From positions 128,001-192,000 of the IMG/VR virus record IMGVR_UViG_3300045988_154312: a stretch of 64,000 nt of DNA, one strand, 5' to 3'. The notes beneath the pieces were generated by a model that made no database searches, was not told the origin of the DNA, and saw nothing but the letters and a program-made list of their open reading frames with translations. Positions within the stretch are counted from its first letter, which is position 1; each line of letters begins with the position of its first letter. Source of the DNA: a virus. Positions 52,313-61,697 of the stretch are shown piece by piece. A program made the translations under genes and the position numbers.

Positions 52313-52503
52313 CTAATAAAATGATAAAAGAATTAAATATATATATGAATACAATACAGGATAGTAGGCATTTAAGTATGCGATATATTAGAATACTTGA
52401 TAATATATCGATGCTACCAACATATTTTAAATTTAATCGTGGCCCATGTCAGTATTTATCTTGGTATTTTTTATACTATTTTTATAATCAGGAATTAAAA
52501 TGA
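52309..52503 (+). CDS. YY-tail family small protein (divergent)
   Basis: C-terminus ...YLSWYFLYYFYNQELK. Confidence 0.5.
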   Translation: MTNKMIKELNIYMNTIQDSRHLSMRYIRILDNISMLPTYFKFNRGPCQYLSWYFLYYFYNQELK

Positions 52504-52715
52504 TTGCGAACAATAAACTCGACGGCGTATTAGAATATTTTACAGAAGACATGTGTTATCATGACGAAATAGAGCCTGGTAGCGAACCATTTTTAATGTT
52601 ATATAATACACATGTTATTTTCGATTTAGATGACTGTCCAAATTTATATTATTACTATTATAGTTTTTATATATATGTTATGTTAATTAAGGAAGAAGGT
52701 CTATATGAAATTTAA
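52500..52715 (+). CDS. YY-tail family small protein
   Basis: ...CPNLYYYYYSFYIYVMLIKEEGLYEI. Confidence 0.55.
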   Translation: MIANNKLDGVLEYFTEDMCYHDEIEPGSEPFLMLYNTHVIFDLDDCPNLYYYYYSFYIYVMLIKEEGLYEI

Positions 52716-52917
52716 AGTATTACTATTAACAGTTCTGTTAGGTGTATCCGTATTAAGTATTAATGCATACGATTCCGATAAAAAAGAGTGTAATCAATAT
52801 TTAGACTGTAAATATTATCAAAATGTGAATATTATTAACTTACATTATGAAAATGACGGAAAATCTGTTAAATTGGTACAACCTAATAACAGTTTTCATT
52901 ATAAAAAAACAAAATGA
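52705..52917 (+). CDS. Small secreted protein (signal peptide)
   Basis: MKFKVLLLTVLLGVSVLSINA-YDSDKKE: classic N-terminal signal sequence. Confidence 0.6.
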   Translation: MKFKVLLLTVLLGVSVLSINAYDSDKKECNQYLDCKYYQNVNIINLHYENDGKSVKLVQPNNSFHYKKTK

Positions 52918-53138
52918 TCAGCAAACAAAATAGAGCTCTGTCGATAACTTATCGAGGTATAAAATTATACGAGAATTTTAATAAATATTCTATTGTTAAT
53001 AATTTAAAAATTCACGACAAATTAACAAATATATGTGTATATAATGACAATGAACGCATGTTTAGTGCTAATATGTATTATAGTTATTATGTTATATTAC
53101 ATTTAATTGACGAAAAATTTAAAAGGAGAAGGACATGA
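52914..53138 (+). CDS. YY-tail family small protein
   Basis: ...FSANMYYSYYVILHLIDEKFKRRRT. Confidence 0.6.
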   Translation: MISKQNRALSITYRGIKLYENFNKYSIVNNLKIHDKLTNICVYNDNERMFSANMYYSYYVILHLIDEKFKRRRT

Positions 53139-53602
53139 ATTGTGAGAAGAATTTGAAAATTAAGTCTTCGGGCTTAACAAAGTTGTTGCGATCTATGAAT
53201 TACAATACGTCTGTCGTCGTTATTAAAACAGATTACGGTTATAAAACAACGTTAATGGCTTTACGTGACGATGGTAATTTTTTACAATTAACAGTATGCT
53301 TAAATTATCATGGTAGCATTGTCGATACTATACATATTCGTATGAATAATACTAAGAAAGATTTAAAATACGAAGATTTTATTTATTTTAAAGCTAACGA
53401 TCCGTATACTGAACGTAAGGACTTATCCGAAGCTATTGCTAATTTAATTATTAATACGAATAGAAAAGTCGATATGTTTTATACTTTTTCATTAAAAAAT
53501 ATTAAAACAGCCTTATTAGACCCAGTATTAATTAGACAATATTTATCTGTGCAACGACAAATGAATAGAATTACTAATACTATTAATGAAGTAAAGATTT
53601 AA
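53135..53602 (+). CDS. Hypothetical protein
   Basis: SD AAAAGGAGAAGG. 155 aa. Confidence 0.65.
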   Translation: MNCEKNLKIKSSGLTKLLRSMNYNTSVVVIKTDYGYKTTLMALRDDGNFLQLTVCLNYHGSIVDTIHIRMNNTKKDLKYEDFIYFKANDPYTERKDLSEAIANLIINTNRKVDMFYTFSLKNIKTALLDPVLIRQYLSVQRQMNRITNTINEVKI

Positions 53603-53604
53603 AA

Positions 53605-53865
53605 ATGGTTTATAATATTATTAAATATAGCAGACATAATAACGATACATATGTATATATACAAAAAATGCCTGGCATTTATAATCGAAATCTAAGTTTA
53701 TATTTTGCATATATATATAGTATATTCGACTTTAAGTTTCGATATAGTATTGTTAAAGATATAGATTTTCAAGCATATGTTAATTTTAGATTATTAGATG
53801 AAAGTATTAATCCTAAAAATGTCGACATCTTAAATATATTAAAGAGTAAAAATTATGAAATATAA
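53605..53865 (+). CDS. Hypothetical small protein (paralog of next gene)
   Basis: Shares layout with 53855 gene (...KMP...SLY(F/I)(A/T)Y...(D/T)...(Q/E)A(Y/L)V...). Confidence 0.55.
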   Translation: MVYNIIKYSRHNNDTYVYIQKMPGIYNRNLSLYFAYIYSIFDFKFRYSIVKDIDFQAYVNFRLLDESINPKNVDILNILKSKNYEI

Positions 53866-54139
53866 AATATTATTAAGAAAGATGCCAGTCGATGAATATG
53901 CCTATGAATTATGTTACGATGCTTTTAATAGTAATTTTAATAGTTCTTTATATATAACATATTTGTTGTTTAATATGTATCCAAAAAGTAGTGTATATTT
54001 AGTTAGCAATACAAAATTAGAGGCATTAGTGTCAATACCTACCCCTGATTATATATTTATGGAAGAGTTAGAAAAACATAATTTATTAAGTATTATAGAA
54101 AGAAATAAAGATGAATCTATTAAGCGAGACAGAATATAA
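53855..54139 (+). CDS. Hypothetical small protein (paralog of previous gene)
   Basis: Overlaps upstream gene end by 11 nt. Confidence 0.55.
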   Translation: MKYKILLRKMPVDEYAYELCYDAFNSNFNSSLYITYLLFNMYPKSSVYLVSNTKLEALVSIPTPDYIFMEELEKHNLLSIIERNKDESIKRDRI

Positions 54140-54476
54140 ATTAAAAGAGCTTGGCCTCACATTAGACGATATTCAGTTTGTGATGTGTACGGAATCTGAA
54201 TACGGTAGCGACTTTATTTTTATGAACAAAGATACGTTTATTGGAAAGGCTACCCTCGTTAATTACGATAATGGATATGGATCTCAAGAGATTAAAAATA
54301 ACTTAACAATTTATACTAAGACTCATATCATTTATCGATTTGAATACGACGGAGCAGAATGCTGGAAATATATTCCGACAATTACTGGCCTTGACGAATT
54401 CTTACAGGATGAAAAAAACTGGAAAGAATTTAAGCTTGAATCAAAGGATTATTATGAAAAACAAATTCCGTTCTAG
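54111..54476 (+). CDS. Hypothetical protein
   Basis: 121-aa ORF with less biased composition. Confidence 0.6.
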   Translation: MNLLSETEYKLKELGLTLDDIQFVMCTESEYGSDFIFMNKDTFIGKATLVNYDNGYGSQEIKNNLTIYTKTHIIYRFEYDGAECWKYIPTITGLDEFLQDEKNWKEFKLESKDYYEKQIPF

Positions 54477-54667
54477 AATTAATAAATGGATTAAAACTAA
54501 AATCTCATCAGTATTGCTTCCATATTATACATGGATAGTATTTGAAAAGCAGGAAAAAATTGGTGAAAAAAATTTAAATTATACCACATTTATTTCTTTT
54601 TCTTAGAAAAATATTTATAATTATAATAAAGAAGAGAAATAATTGTGGATTTTTTTATAGGAAAAAT

Positions 54668-54970
54668 ATGAGTGAAACATATATAATTTCGTCATATGCA
54701 AAAAATGATAGGGATCGATTATGTCGGTTTAAAACATATAAAGCTGATAATATGTTCGTTCGAGCATACCATCTAGCATATTATGTATATATTAGTTATG
54801 CGTATGAGAAATATCGTATTTGTATATATCCAGAAGGAACGATAGGCAATCGATACGATATAACGTTCGAGCAGATTGCTGAAATGTACGATATTGTTCA
54901 TTGTATTAAAAATAAAGAGTATAGCAAAAAAATGAATTCTAAAAAACGTAAGTGGTTGAAAATATTTTAG
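54668..54970 (+). CDS. Hypothetical small protein (internal YY-like motif AYHLAYYVYISYAYE)
   Basis: 100-aa ORF following a ~190-nt gap. Confidence 0.55.
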   Translation: MSETYIISSYAKNDRDRLCRFKTYKADNMFVRAYHLAYYVYISYAYEKYRICIYPEGTIGNRYDITFEQIAEMYDIVHCIKNKEYSKKMNSKKRKWLKIF

Positions 54971-54980
54971 GAGGTATTTA

Positions 54981-55283
54981 ATGGGTTATACGTTAAAACA
55001 TAGTATTGAAAAAACTGCCAAAATTATTAATAATCTTGATATTAATCAGTTTAATGGCGATCGTCAAAACTATTATATTGAGTCAGTAGAGTTTGTTAAC
55101 GAAGGTATATTCCCATCAATTCGTTTTATTATTAGAAATGACCAGACTGGTGCAATTGATAAACGTTGCGGTATGTTGCGCAAAATTCCGAATAGTAACG
55201 AAGTCGAATATCGTGACGGAACAGTTAAAATGTATGACGGTATCATCTGGACATTTTTAAAAGAAGCAGGTATAACATTATGA
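54981..55283 (+). CDS. Hypothetical small protein
   Basis: SD TAGGAGG. Confidence 0.65.
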   Translation: MGYTLKHSIEKTAKIINNLDINQFNGDRQNYYIESVEFVNEGIFPSIRFIIRNDQTGAIDKRCGMLRKIPNSNEVEYRDGTVKMYDGIIWTFLKEAGITL

Positions 55284-55474
55284 ATCATAAAAATTATTAT
55301 GATATCTGTGATTCAGCTCAAAAAATTTATGATAATAATCCTGCATTTTTTCCAGGAAATAATATTAAGAATGATGCAAAAACTAAAATGAGAGAATTCA
55401 ATGTTATTGGTGACGAATTTAATGCTTTATTCTACTATGAATATATTATGTATTTAATCGGAAAAAATTTATAA
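55280..55474 (+). CDS. YY-tail family small protein
   Basis: ATGA overlap. C-terminus ...FNALFYYEYIMYLIGKNL. Confidence 0.6.
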   Translation: MNHKNYYDICDSAQKIYDNNPAFFPGNNIKNDAKTKMREFNVIGDEFNALFYYEYIMYLIGKNL

Positions 55475-55926
55475 TGTTTAAAACTCAAAAAGAATTAGTT
55501 GAAAATTTATTTTATGTAGGATATAATCCTAAGCTTATTCTATGTAATTTGAAACAAGATCGTATTATTAGGATTGCTTCAAAAAGTGAAAGCATGTCGA
55601 GCCCTAAAAACGGCATATGTATTATTGAATTTAAACTAAAAGATCATCGTTTAATACATCATACAGGTTATAATTTAAATTATACGAGGACTCCGATCGT
55701 TAATTTTATTATCGATGTAAAAAATAAAAAAATTAAAGAAATAGAATTTAAATATCGAGCAGCAAATAATTCCGGCTATATAAAAAATTTTTCGAGTATC
55801 GATAATATTAATTATTTGTTCGATAAAAATCTATTAATTTATCATGATTATATTGTCGGATTTCTATTTGTAAATTATGTTAAGAAAACTGTTAAAAATC
55901 TTAGTAAAAACTACGAGGAGGAATAA
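55474..55926 (+). CDS. Hypothetical protein
   Basis: TAATG overlap. 150 aa. Confidence 0.6.
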   Translation: MFKTQKELVENLFYVGYNPKLILCNLKQDRIIRIASKSESMSSPKNGICIIEFKLKDHRLIHHTGYNLNYTRTPIVNFIIDVKNKKIKEIEFKYRAANNSGYIKNFSSIDNINYLFDKNLLIYHDYIVGFLFVNYVKKTVKNLSKNYEEE

Positions 55927-55992
55927 ATATGTTTAAGAAATTCATGAATGAATTGCGTTGGTATATTGAAGAACTATTAAAGGAAATTTAAT

Positions 55993-56211
55993 ATGAAATA
56001 TCGATTAATATTTAACAAATTAAAAATCGAAATAGTATGTGACTGTAATGATTTAACAAAGACAATCGATACTGTTATTATGAATCATAATAAATATGTT
56101 AAAAACAATCACGAATTGAATTATCAAATATATGGCAATGGTCATGGTAGTAATGTCGAAATATATTATAATGGCACATTACTCGAGATTGTTGAAGTAT
56201 CAAAAGCATGA
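55993..56211 (+). CDS. Hypothetical small protein
   Basis: 72-aa ORF in array. Confidence 0.55.
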   Translation: MKYRLIFNKLKIEIVCDCNDLTKTIDTVIMNHNKYVKNNHELNYQIYGNGHGSNVEIYYNGTLLEIVEVSKA

Positions 56212-56603
56212 TTAACTGGTTTAAATTATTATATTCGATTAATCATTATAGTCCGATGGTTCGTATTAAATCATCTACTAAAGATTATTCAACTATTTAT
56301 TATTTATTAAGAATAGATGATGAACCATTATATTTTACATTTTTTAACAGTTCCGATACCATTGATTTTCAAGTCATGTTTTTTACATATAATATTCGTA
56401 GAAATATTCGTGAATATTCTATTACGTTAGCTGCTTTTCAGAATAATGGAAAAATGCATCAAGTATATACTATAGATAATCATTTATTGTATAATATAAT
56501 TAATAAAAGTATGTGTAAGCATTTAATATATTATATGTACTTAGAAACTGATAAAGCTCGACAATTAATTGACGAAATATTAGAGGAATATAAAGATGAA
56601 TGA
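56208..56603 (+). CDS. Hypothetical small protein
   Basis: ATGA overlap. Confidence 0.55.
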   Translation: MINWFKLLYSINHYSPMVRIKSSTKDYSTIYYLLRIDDEPLYFTFFNSSDTIDFQVMFFTYNIRRNIREYSITLAAFQNNGKMHQVYTIDNHLLYNIINKSMCKHLIYYMYLETDKARQLIDEILEEYKDE

Positions 56604-56784
56604 TTTTGGAAAAGTGTTATCGACATATTTTATGTATGATAACAATATCGAAAATAAAAGCCCGACTGATCTTTGTATTGATCTATATAATATAAAACAA
56701 GAATTAGATGCGATCGAAGATGAAAGAACAGTCCGCGAATATTTAAAATTAGCAAAGCTATTAAGAAAAATAGGGCAGCTATGA
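56596..56784 (+). CDS. Hypothetical small protein
   Basis: Overlapping start. Confidence 0.55.
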   Translation: MNDFGKVLSTYFMYDNNIENKSPTDLCIDLYNIKQELDAIEDERTVREYLKLAKLLRKIGQL

Positions 56785-57170
56785 AGTGGGACAAATTTAT
56801 AAAAGAATATAACGATTTAACTGAGTATTTATATAATTATTGGCTTTTTAAAGGTAAAGAAAATAAAAAATTAAATTTATTTTTATTTCAGCATCCGCTT
56901 AAAATTAATTATATTAAATATTATTATTCATATGAAATTGCTCAAAATCAAATTAATTTTCAAATTAGTGTAAAACAATCTGGAAAATCAGTCGATTGTT
57001 TTAATCTATTTTTTAATGAAAAAAATAATATTCGATATGCATTAAGAGAAAATGATTTTTTTAATCGACAATCATTATCTAATATAAACGTCCATAAAAC
57101 TATATTTTTATGGACGTATTTTTTAATGCTTTCAAAAGTTGCTGAATATGAAATAGGAGAATGTTTATGA
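56781..57170 (+). CDS. Hypothetical small protein
   Basis: ATGA overlap. Confidence 0.55.
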   Translation: MKWDKFIKEYNDLTEYLYNYWLFKGKENKKLNLFLFQHPLKINYIKYYYSYEIAQNQINFQISVKQSGKSVDCFNLFFNEKNNIRYALRENDFFNRQSLSNINVHKTIFLWTYFLMLSKVAEYEIGECL

Positions 57171-57538
57171 CTTTATTCGATAAATCAAACGCAATTGCTT
57201 CCATTCTAGAACGTCATAAAAGTCTTAATATTTTAGATGACATTACTGATATGGAAATTTATAATCAAGACTTTAAAATTTATTTTTTAGTCGCTAAAAC
57301 TATGCTAGGATTAAATAATGAATTACCAGAAGTACTATATTTTAGTATTGAAGATGGTGACGATGTAGTATACTTCGATTTATTCGTCGAAAAAGATAAA
57401 GACGAAGATTATGATCCTGTCTTTATTACGACTGAAACAGAAGATAATATTATAAACTATAACAATTCTTTAGAAGTATTATTCCCAGCTTTAATAGAAT
57501 TAGCATATTATAAATTAAAGGAACGAATGTTTAATTAA
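57161..57538 (+). CDS. Hypothetical small acidic protein
   Basis: Overlapping start. Confidence 0.55.
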   Translation: MFMTLFDKSNAIASILERHKSLNILDDITDMEIYNQDFKIYFLVAKTMLGLNNELPEVLYFSIEDGDDVVYFDLFVEKDKDEDYDPVFITTETEDNIINYNNSLEVLFPALIELAYYKLKERMFN

Positions 57539-57586
57539 TAAGTTAAGCTAGGGCTGTCACTAATTTACCACCATTTACTTTACGGT

Positions 57587-57607
57587 TGGGCTCCGCCCCG
57601 AAATCTC
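57587..57607 (+). promoter_or_regulatory. Hairpin-TCC-GAAATCTC motif copy
   Basis: gggc-TCC-gccc-c-GAAATCTC in a GC-rich intergenic patch, 66 nt upstream of ATG 57654. Confidence 0.5.
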
Positions 57608-57653
57608 TTCACACGTTTTCTAATGTGGTTTAGTTAGACGAAAGGAATATATT

Positions 57654-58007
57654 ATGCAACAGGTAACATTTGAATCTAAAGAACAAGCTAAAGAGTTTTT
57701 TATTGCTTTGGGTGAAAATCTTAAAGCCAGTCAAAACAAAATTTTTGAATTTAGTGGTCAACAATGGAACTTCGATAAAACTCCAGAAGTAACACCTAAT
57801 ATTATTAATGCTGTATTAGTATCTGAAAACAACGTACTATATGTAACAGCTAATTTAAGTAATGATACAGTATATTCCGATATTGATTTAGAAGATAATA
57901 TCTCTGGATTTAGTTATAATCAATTACAAAAATCTGTATTATTGTCTAATTTAGTATATATTATATTAGAAGATTATACTCAATTTATGTTCTGTAAAAA
58001 TGAATAA
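57654..58007 (+). CDS. Hypothetical small protein
   Basis: SD GAAAGGAA. Confidence 0.6.
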   Translation: MQQVTFESKEQAKEFFIALGENLKASQNKIFEFSGQQWNFDKTPEVTPNIINAVLVSENNVLYVTANLSNDTVYSDIDLEDNISGFSYNQLQKSVLLSNLVYIILEDYTQFMFCKNE

Positions 58008-58383
58008 TAAAACCAGTTCTAGATTACTTAGTGCAATGTTTTTTAACGTGAGCTTTTTCCAATCGAGAATACCAGCATTAATAATAGGTGACCGACGTTT
58101 TAAAATCGATTTTGATGTTGACGATGGATCTAATATTATTGTACGAACATACGATGATTTTTTTAACGAACAAGTTATATTTTTTAGTACGAGGTTAATG
58201 GCTGTCGAATCGATGACTCAGCTCTCGACAAAAGAAGAAGATGCATTATTTTCTGGTTTAATACATCGTACGGTTATCCCGAAAAAATTATATTCAGAAT
58301 TCGATACGTACAGAATATTAAAACAATTTAATTTATACGTGCAGTATATAATATTTTCATTTAACTATATGCACTGGAGGTGA
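58000..58383 (+). CDS. Hypothetical small protein
   Basis: Overlapping start. Confidence 0.55.
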   Translation: MNNKTSSRLLSAMFFNVSFFQSRIPALIIGDRRFKIDFDVDDGSNIIVRTYDDFFNEQVIFFSTRLMAVESMTQLSTKEEDALFSGLIHRTVIPKKLYSEFDTYRILKQFNLYVQYIIFSFNYMHWR

Positions 58384-58387
58384 TAGT

Positions 58388-58672
58388 ATGATTCAATTAG
58401 GTTTTGGATCTGATAAAGAAACAAAAGATGTATATAATAATTTAAAAAAATTAATTGAAAAAAATATGTTCCCAGAATATGCTATTACAAATTTCGAAGA
58501 AAATAAGGCATGTGATTCTTTTTCATTTACGATTGAATACGACGAAGAATGTATATATTCATATACTATATGGTACGAAGCCGGTATCTTATATATCGAA
58601 CCAGAAAAAGAAGATTACGGCACGGAAGATATTGCATTTATTTTATATCCGATTGCCGAAATGTTATTGTAG
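58388..58672 (+). CDS. Hypothetical small protein
   Basis: SD TGGAGGTGA. Confidence 0.6.
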   Translation: MIQLGFGSDKETKDVYNNLKKLIEKNMFPEYAITNFEENKACDSFSFTIEYDEECIYSYTIWYEAGILYIEPEKEDYGTEDIAFILYPIAEMLL

Positions 58673-58686
58673 AAAGGTCGACGTAT

Positions 58687-58779
58687 ATGTTAGCATTATT
58701 ATTAGCCATATTTTTAATGGTATATTTAGCATTAGCTATTGGAGGAACATTAGCTGGCTGGGACGAGAAAGAAAAATAA
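58687..58779 (+). CDS. 30-aa single-TM peptide (uncertain)
   Basis: In-frame ATG 58687 after GAAAGG: MLALLLAIFLMVYLALAIGGTLAGWDEKEK. Confidence 0.4.
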   Translation: MLALLLAIFLMVYLALAIGGTLAGWDEKEK

Positions 58780-58780
58780 T

Positions 58781-59014
58781 ATGGATCAGTTCTATATAGA
58801 TTTTGCATCATTAATAATATTCATAATAATATTTTTAATGTTTATATTAATTATATATCTTTTACATACTACATATAGAATATATAAAACAAAAAAAGTA
58901 TTAGATTCATTTGACTATACACTTAAGATGTATTATCGAATGTTTTTTAAATTTTGGACAATATCAATATTATTTTTCGTATGTGGCATAATCATTAAGA
59001 GTATATTAGAATAA
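58781..59014 (+). CDS. Small two-TM membrane protein
   Basis: LIIFIIIFLMFILIIYLL and ISILFFVCGIII segments. Confidence 0.5.
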   Translation: MDQFYIDFASLIIFIIIFLMFILIIYLLHTTYRIYKTKKVLDSFDYTLKMYYRMFFKFWTISILFFVCGIIIKSILE

Positions 59015-59325
59015 TGTATTTAAAAGATCTAATAAATTGTGTAAACAATTGTAAGATAAATGATGAAAAAAATATATATCTATTAAAGAATGAAAGATTT
59101 CAAATATTTATGCTTATTTCTATTGTAGATAGTAGTTTACGATTTTCAATATATGATCTTCATTCGTCAAACACAACTGTTTTAGAACTAGAAGCACAAA
59201 ATAAACATAGTTTGCATGAATGGCATGGATATACTGTATGGTTAGAAGATTTTAAAAAGAAACTACCTAATATGTGTACATACTTAGCATATTTGTATGT
59301 TTTTAATATAAACAAAAATGAATAG
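59014..59325 (+). CDS. Hypothetical small protein
   Basis: TAATG overlap. Confidence 0.55.
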   Translation: MYLKDLINCVNNCKINDEKNIYLLKNERFQIFMLISIVDSSLRFSIYDLHSSNTTVLELEAQNKHSLHEWHGYTVWLEDFKKKLPNMCTYLAYLYVFNINKNE

Positions 59326-59962
59326 AATAAAAATAGAAGATAAAATATTTTTTAAGCGGTTCGAAGTATTTCGAAGTAGTAATCGTAATCGTATTACGAT
59401 GAGGCGACGAAAATATAAAATTCATCAATATTATACGACCGAAGGATCTCGATACGAAGTATTAGATCGAAACGAAGTTTGTATCGGAGTTTTTAAAATC
59501 GACGAAGTCGAACAGTTTATGTATTCTGTCGATTTAAGCGAAGAAGATTTGCTATTAATTATTAAAGGTATAGAAAATGTTATTTATTCATATCGTATTC
59601 CGTTAAAGTACGATGGCTATTCGTCTTTAGCATATATTGAAGAAGCTGTTAATCAGTTACAATTTAATAATGTTATTGTTATCGGAGATCATAAAGTAGC
59701 ATTTGAATTAAATCGAGTTAACGACACTATCGGAGAAATTAGAATCGAAGCTAGAACTACTAATATCGATATGTATAATATGCAGATGATATTACAGTAT
59801 CAGTTCTACGATAATTGCATGCATATATTTTGGTATAAAACATTAGTAAAAAGCAAAGAAAAAACATATAAGATATACTATAAATTCTTAATAGCTTTAT
59901 GTAGCTTAATACAATATCAATACATTAATTGTATATTAAGCGTAGAAAGAATTCCGTTTTGA
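59318..59962 (+). CDS. Hypothetical protein
   Basis: 214-aa ORF. Confidence 0.55.
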   Translation: MNRIKIEDKIFFKRFEVFRSSNRNRITMRRRKYKIHQYYTTEGSRYEVLDRNEVCIGVFKIDEVEQFMYSVDLSEEDLLLIIKGIENVIYSYRIPLKYDGYSSLAYIEEAVNQLQFNNVIVIGDHKVAFELNRVNDTIGEIRIEARTTNIDMYNMQMILQYQFYDNCMHIFWYKTLVKSKEKTYKIYYKFLIALCSLIQYQYINCILSVERIPF

Positions 59963-59969
59963 GGTAAAT

Positions 59970-60269
59970 ATGGATACATATATTAGAATTACAGACTGGG
60001 CAATATGCCAGCATTTTGAAATGTTAATTAATACTCATCGAACAACTGGTAAGTTTACTATCGAAGACTTAGACAATGTATCGTGTGAAATTGCATATGA
60101 CAATGCATATCATCGATTACATATATTAATCGACGAAGATAATTATTTTATTAGCGCAATATATGATGCTAATGTAAAAACATTATATTGGAATGTTGAA
60201 AATAATATTTCGTTTGACGATTTTGAAAAAGTATTACAGGGAGCTCAATATGTTAACCCTGTCGCTTGA
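59970..60269 (+). CDS. Hypothetical small protein
   Basis: SD TGAGGT. Confidence 0.55.
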   Translation: MDTYIRITDWAICQHFEMLINTHRTTGKFTIEDLDNVSCEIAYDNAYHRLHILIDEDNYFISAIYDANVKTLYWNVENNISFDDFEKVLQGAQYVNPVA

Positions 60270-60471
60270 AACACTTGAATATATAAAAATATTTTTAGAT
60301 ATAATTTTAGGAGCGTTGTTAGGCGCAGGTATACATTTTTTACTTACAAAATATGTCGATAAAATATATAACGTATATAATGAAGACGGCGATATTAAAT
60401 TATTGTTAACAGTATTGCCATCGACTATTATCGTATTAATGCTATGGAGTATTATTGTATGGATGAGATGA
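60250..60471 (+). CDS. Small two-TM membrane protein
   Basis: In-frame ATG 60250 (MLTLSLETLEYIKIFLDIILGALLGAGIHFLL...). Confidence 0.5.
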   Translation: MLTLSLETLEYIKIFLDIILGALLGAGIHFLLTKYVDKIYNVYNEDGDIKLLLTVLPSTIIVLMLWSIIVWMR

Positions 60472-60746
60472 AATTACAATTAGAAGTATTATATAAAATC
60501 TTAACATTAGATTTTCATAAATTCTATCGTCGGCAAAAAGGATCGTATGACCTAACTATTAAAAAAATAAGTGATGCTGCTCTCGTTACGGTTGACTGGA
60601 ACGAAAACAAAGATTTCGTTAAATTCCAGATTTACTGGAATTCAGAAGAAAGACACGTAAACTTTAGTTTTAATTTCGATACGAATAAAACAGATGCATT
60701 ACTTATCGTAAAAGATTTGTTGCGAGGCAATGAAGATAATGATTGA
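60444..60746 (+). CDS. Hypothetical small protein (start may be ATG 60459 or 60468)
   Basis: ATG 60468 would give an ATGA overlap with the upstream stop. Confidence 0.5.
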   Translation: MEYYCMDEMKLQLEVLYKILTLDFHKFYRRQKGSYDLTIKKISDAALVTVDWNENKDFVKFQIYWNSEERHVNFSFNFDTNKTDALLIVKDLLRGNEDND

Positions 60747-60763
60747 TATAAGGAGGTATTTTT

Positions 60764-61048
60764 ATGGGAATGATTAACGAAATTACTAATAAATTAATTG
60801 GCGTTAAAGGCCGTATTGCATTTGAACACAAAGGATATATTGTTTATATCGATAATTCTCGTAAGAAAGAAGTCGATAGCGGCGATATTCAGATCTTTAA
60901 AGATCGCGAACAAGTATACGATTATTCTATCGCATATCCTTGTAAAGAATGTAAATCTAAAGGTATTTACAACAATAAAAAAGATAAATTTATTAATAAT
61001 ATCGATCTAGAAAAACTGTACGAGATTATTATGACAACGGATTTATAA
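60764..61048 (+). CDS. Hypothetical small protein
   Basis: SD AAGGAGG. Confidence 0.6.
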   Translation: MGMINEITNKLIGVKGRIAFEHKGYIVYIDNSRKKEVDSGDIQIFKDREQVYDYSIAYPCKECKSKGIYNNKKDKFINNIDLEKLYEIIMTTDL

Positions 61049-61049
61049 C

Positions 61050-61697
61050 ATGATTTTTCTAAAAGATAAATATCGAATTGTTCTAGATAAAAGAAACGTA
61101 ACATCAATTATCGTTACGGCATTAACTGTGCTATTTTTTGTGTTTTGTGATCTTAATTATGCTACCGATAATGAAAAACTGGTATTATATCAAACGCCGA
61201 TATTAATTATCGTCGTAAGTATTATTACAATCGATATGTTACCTAGTAAAGTTAATCCATTTCATGCTGATAGTTTAATATTAAGTAGAATTGATGAAAA
61301 ACAAGCTGATAAAGTATTCGAAATATTTAAAAATACTTTCGATTTTATAATACATGAAATATTCTATTCTCCACATGAAATGCATTTAGAAATTGAGAAT
61401 ATTTCGATCGGTCAATTAAAAGATATAACATTATCAATTAATGCTAGATACGTAATGGATACAGGCATTAGAACTATACTTATTGATATAGCGATATATA
61501 AATTAGATAAAAATAATTCTTTAGTGTCTTTTTTTATACCATTGTCATCTAATGTTCCTAAATCTATTAATGAAATGCGAATTTCTAAAAATTTAGCACA
61601 ATGGACAGATATTATTATATTTACTAAAACAATAGAATATTATTTATTAAATCATCAATATAACGGAGCTATTAAAAATGAAAAAAGAAGAATTTAG
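61050..61697 (+). CDS. Hypothetical protein with two N-terminal TM segments
   Basis: 215-aa ORF. Confidence 0.55.
   Translation: MIFLKDKYRIVLDKRNVTSIIVTALTVLFFVFCDLNYATDNEKLVLYQTPILIIVVSIITIDMLPSKVNPFHADSLILSRIDEKQADKVFEIFKNTFDFIIHEIFYSPHEMHLEIENISIGQLKDITLSINARYVMDTGIRTILIDIAIYKLDKNNSLVSFFIPLSSNVPKSINEMRISKNLAQWTDIIIFTKTIEYYLLNHQYNGAIKNEKRRI

Noticed and set aside
54340-54606. 88-aa ORF overlapping the end of gene 54111..54476
   Set aside because: Most of it is out of frame within the upstream gene. An internal ATG at 54454 would give a 50-aa product, but with a poor SD. It is left unannotated.
58455-58799. Long alternative-frame ORFs 58455..58799 and 58549..58779
   Set aside because: They overlap the better-supported gene 58388..58672. 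Only the 3' part from ATG 58687 (a 30-aa TM peptide) is retained, as a low-confidence CDS.
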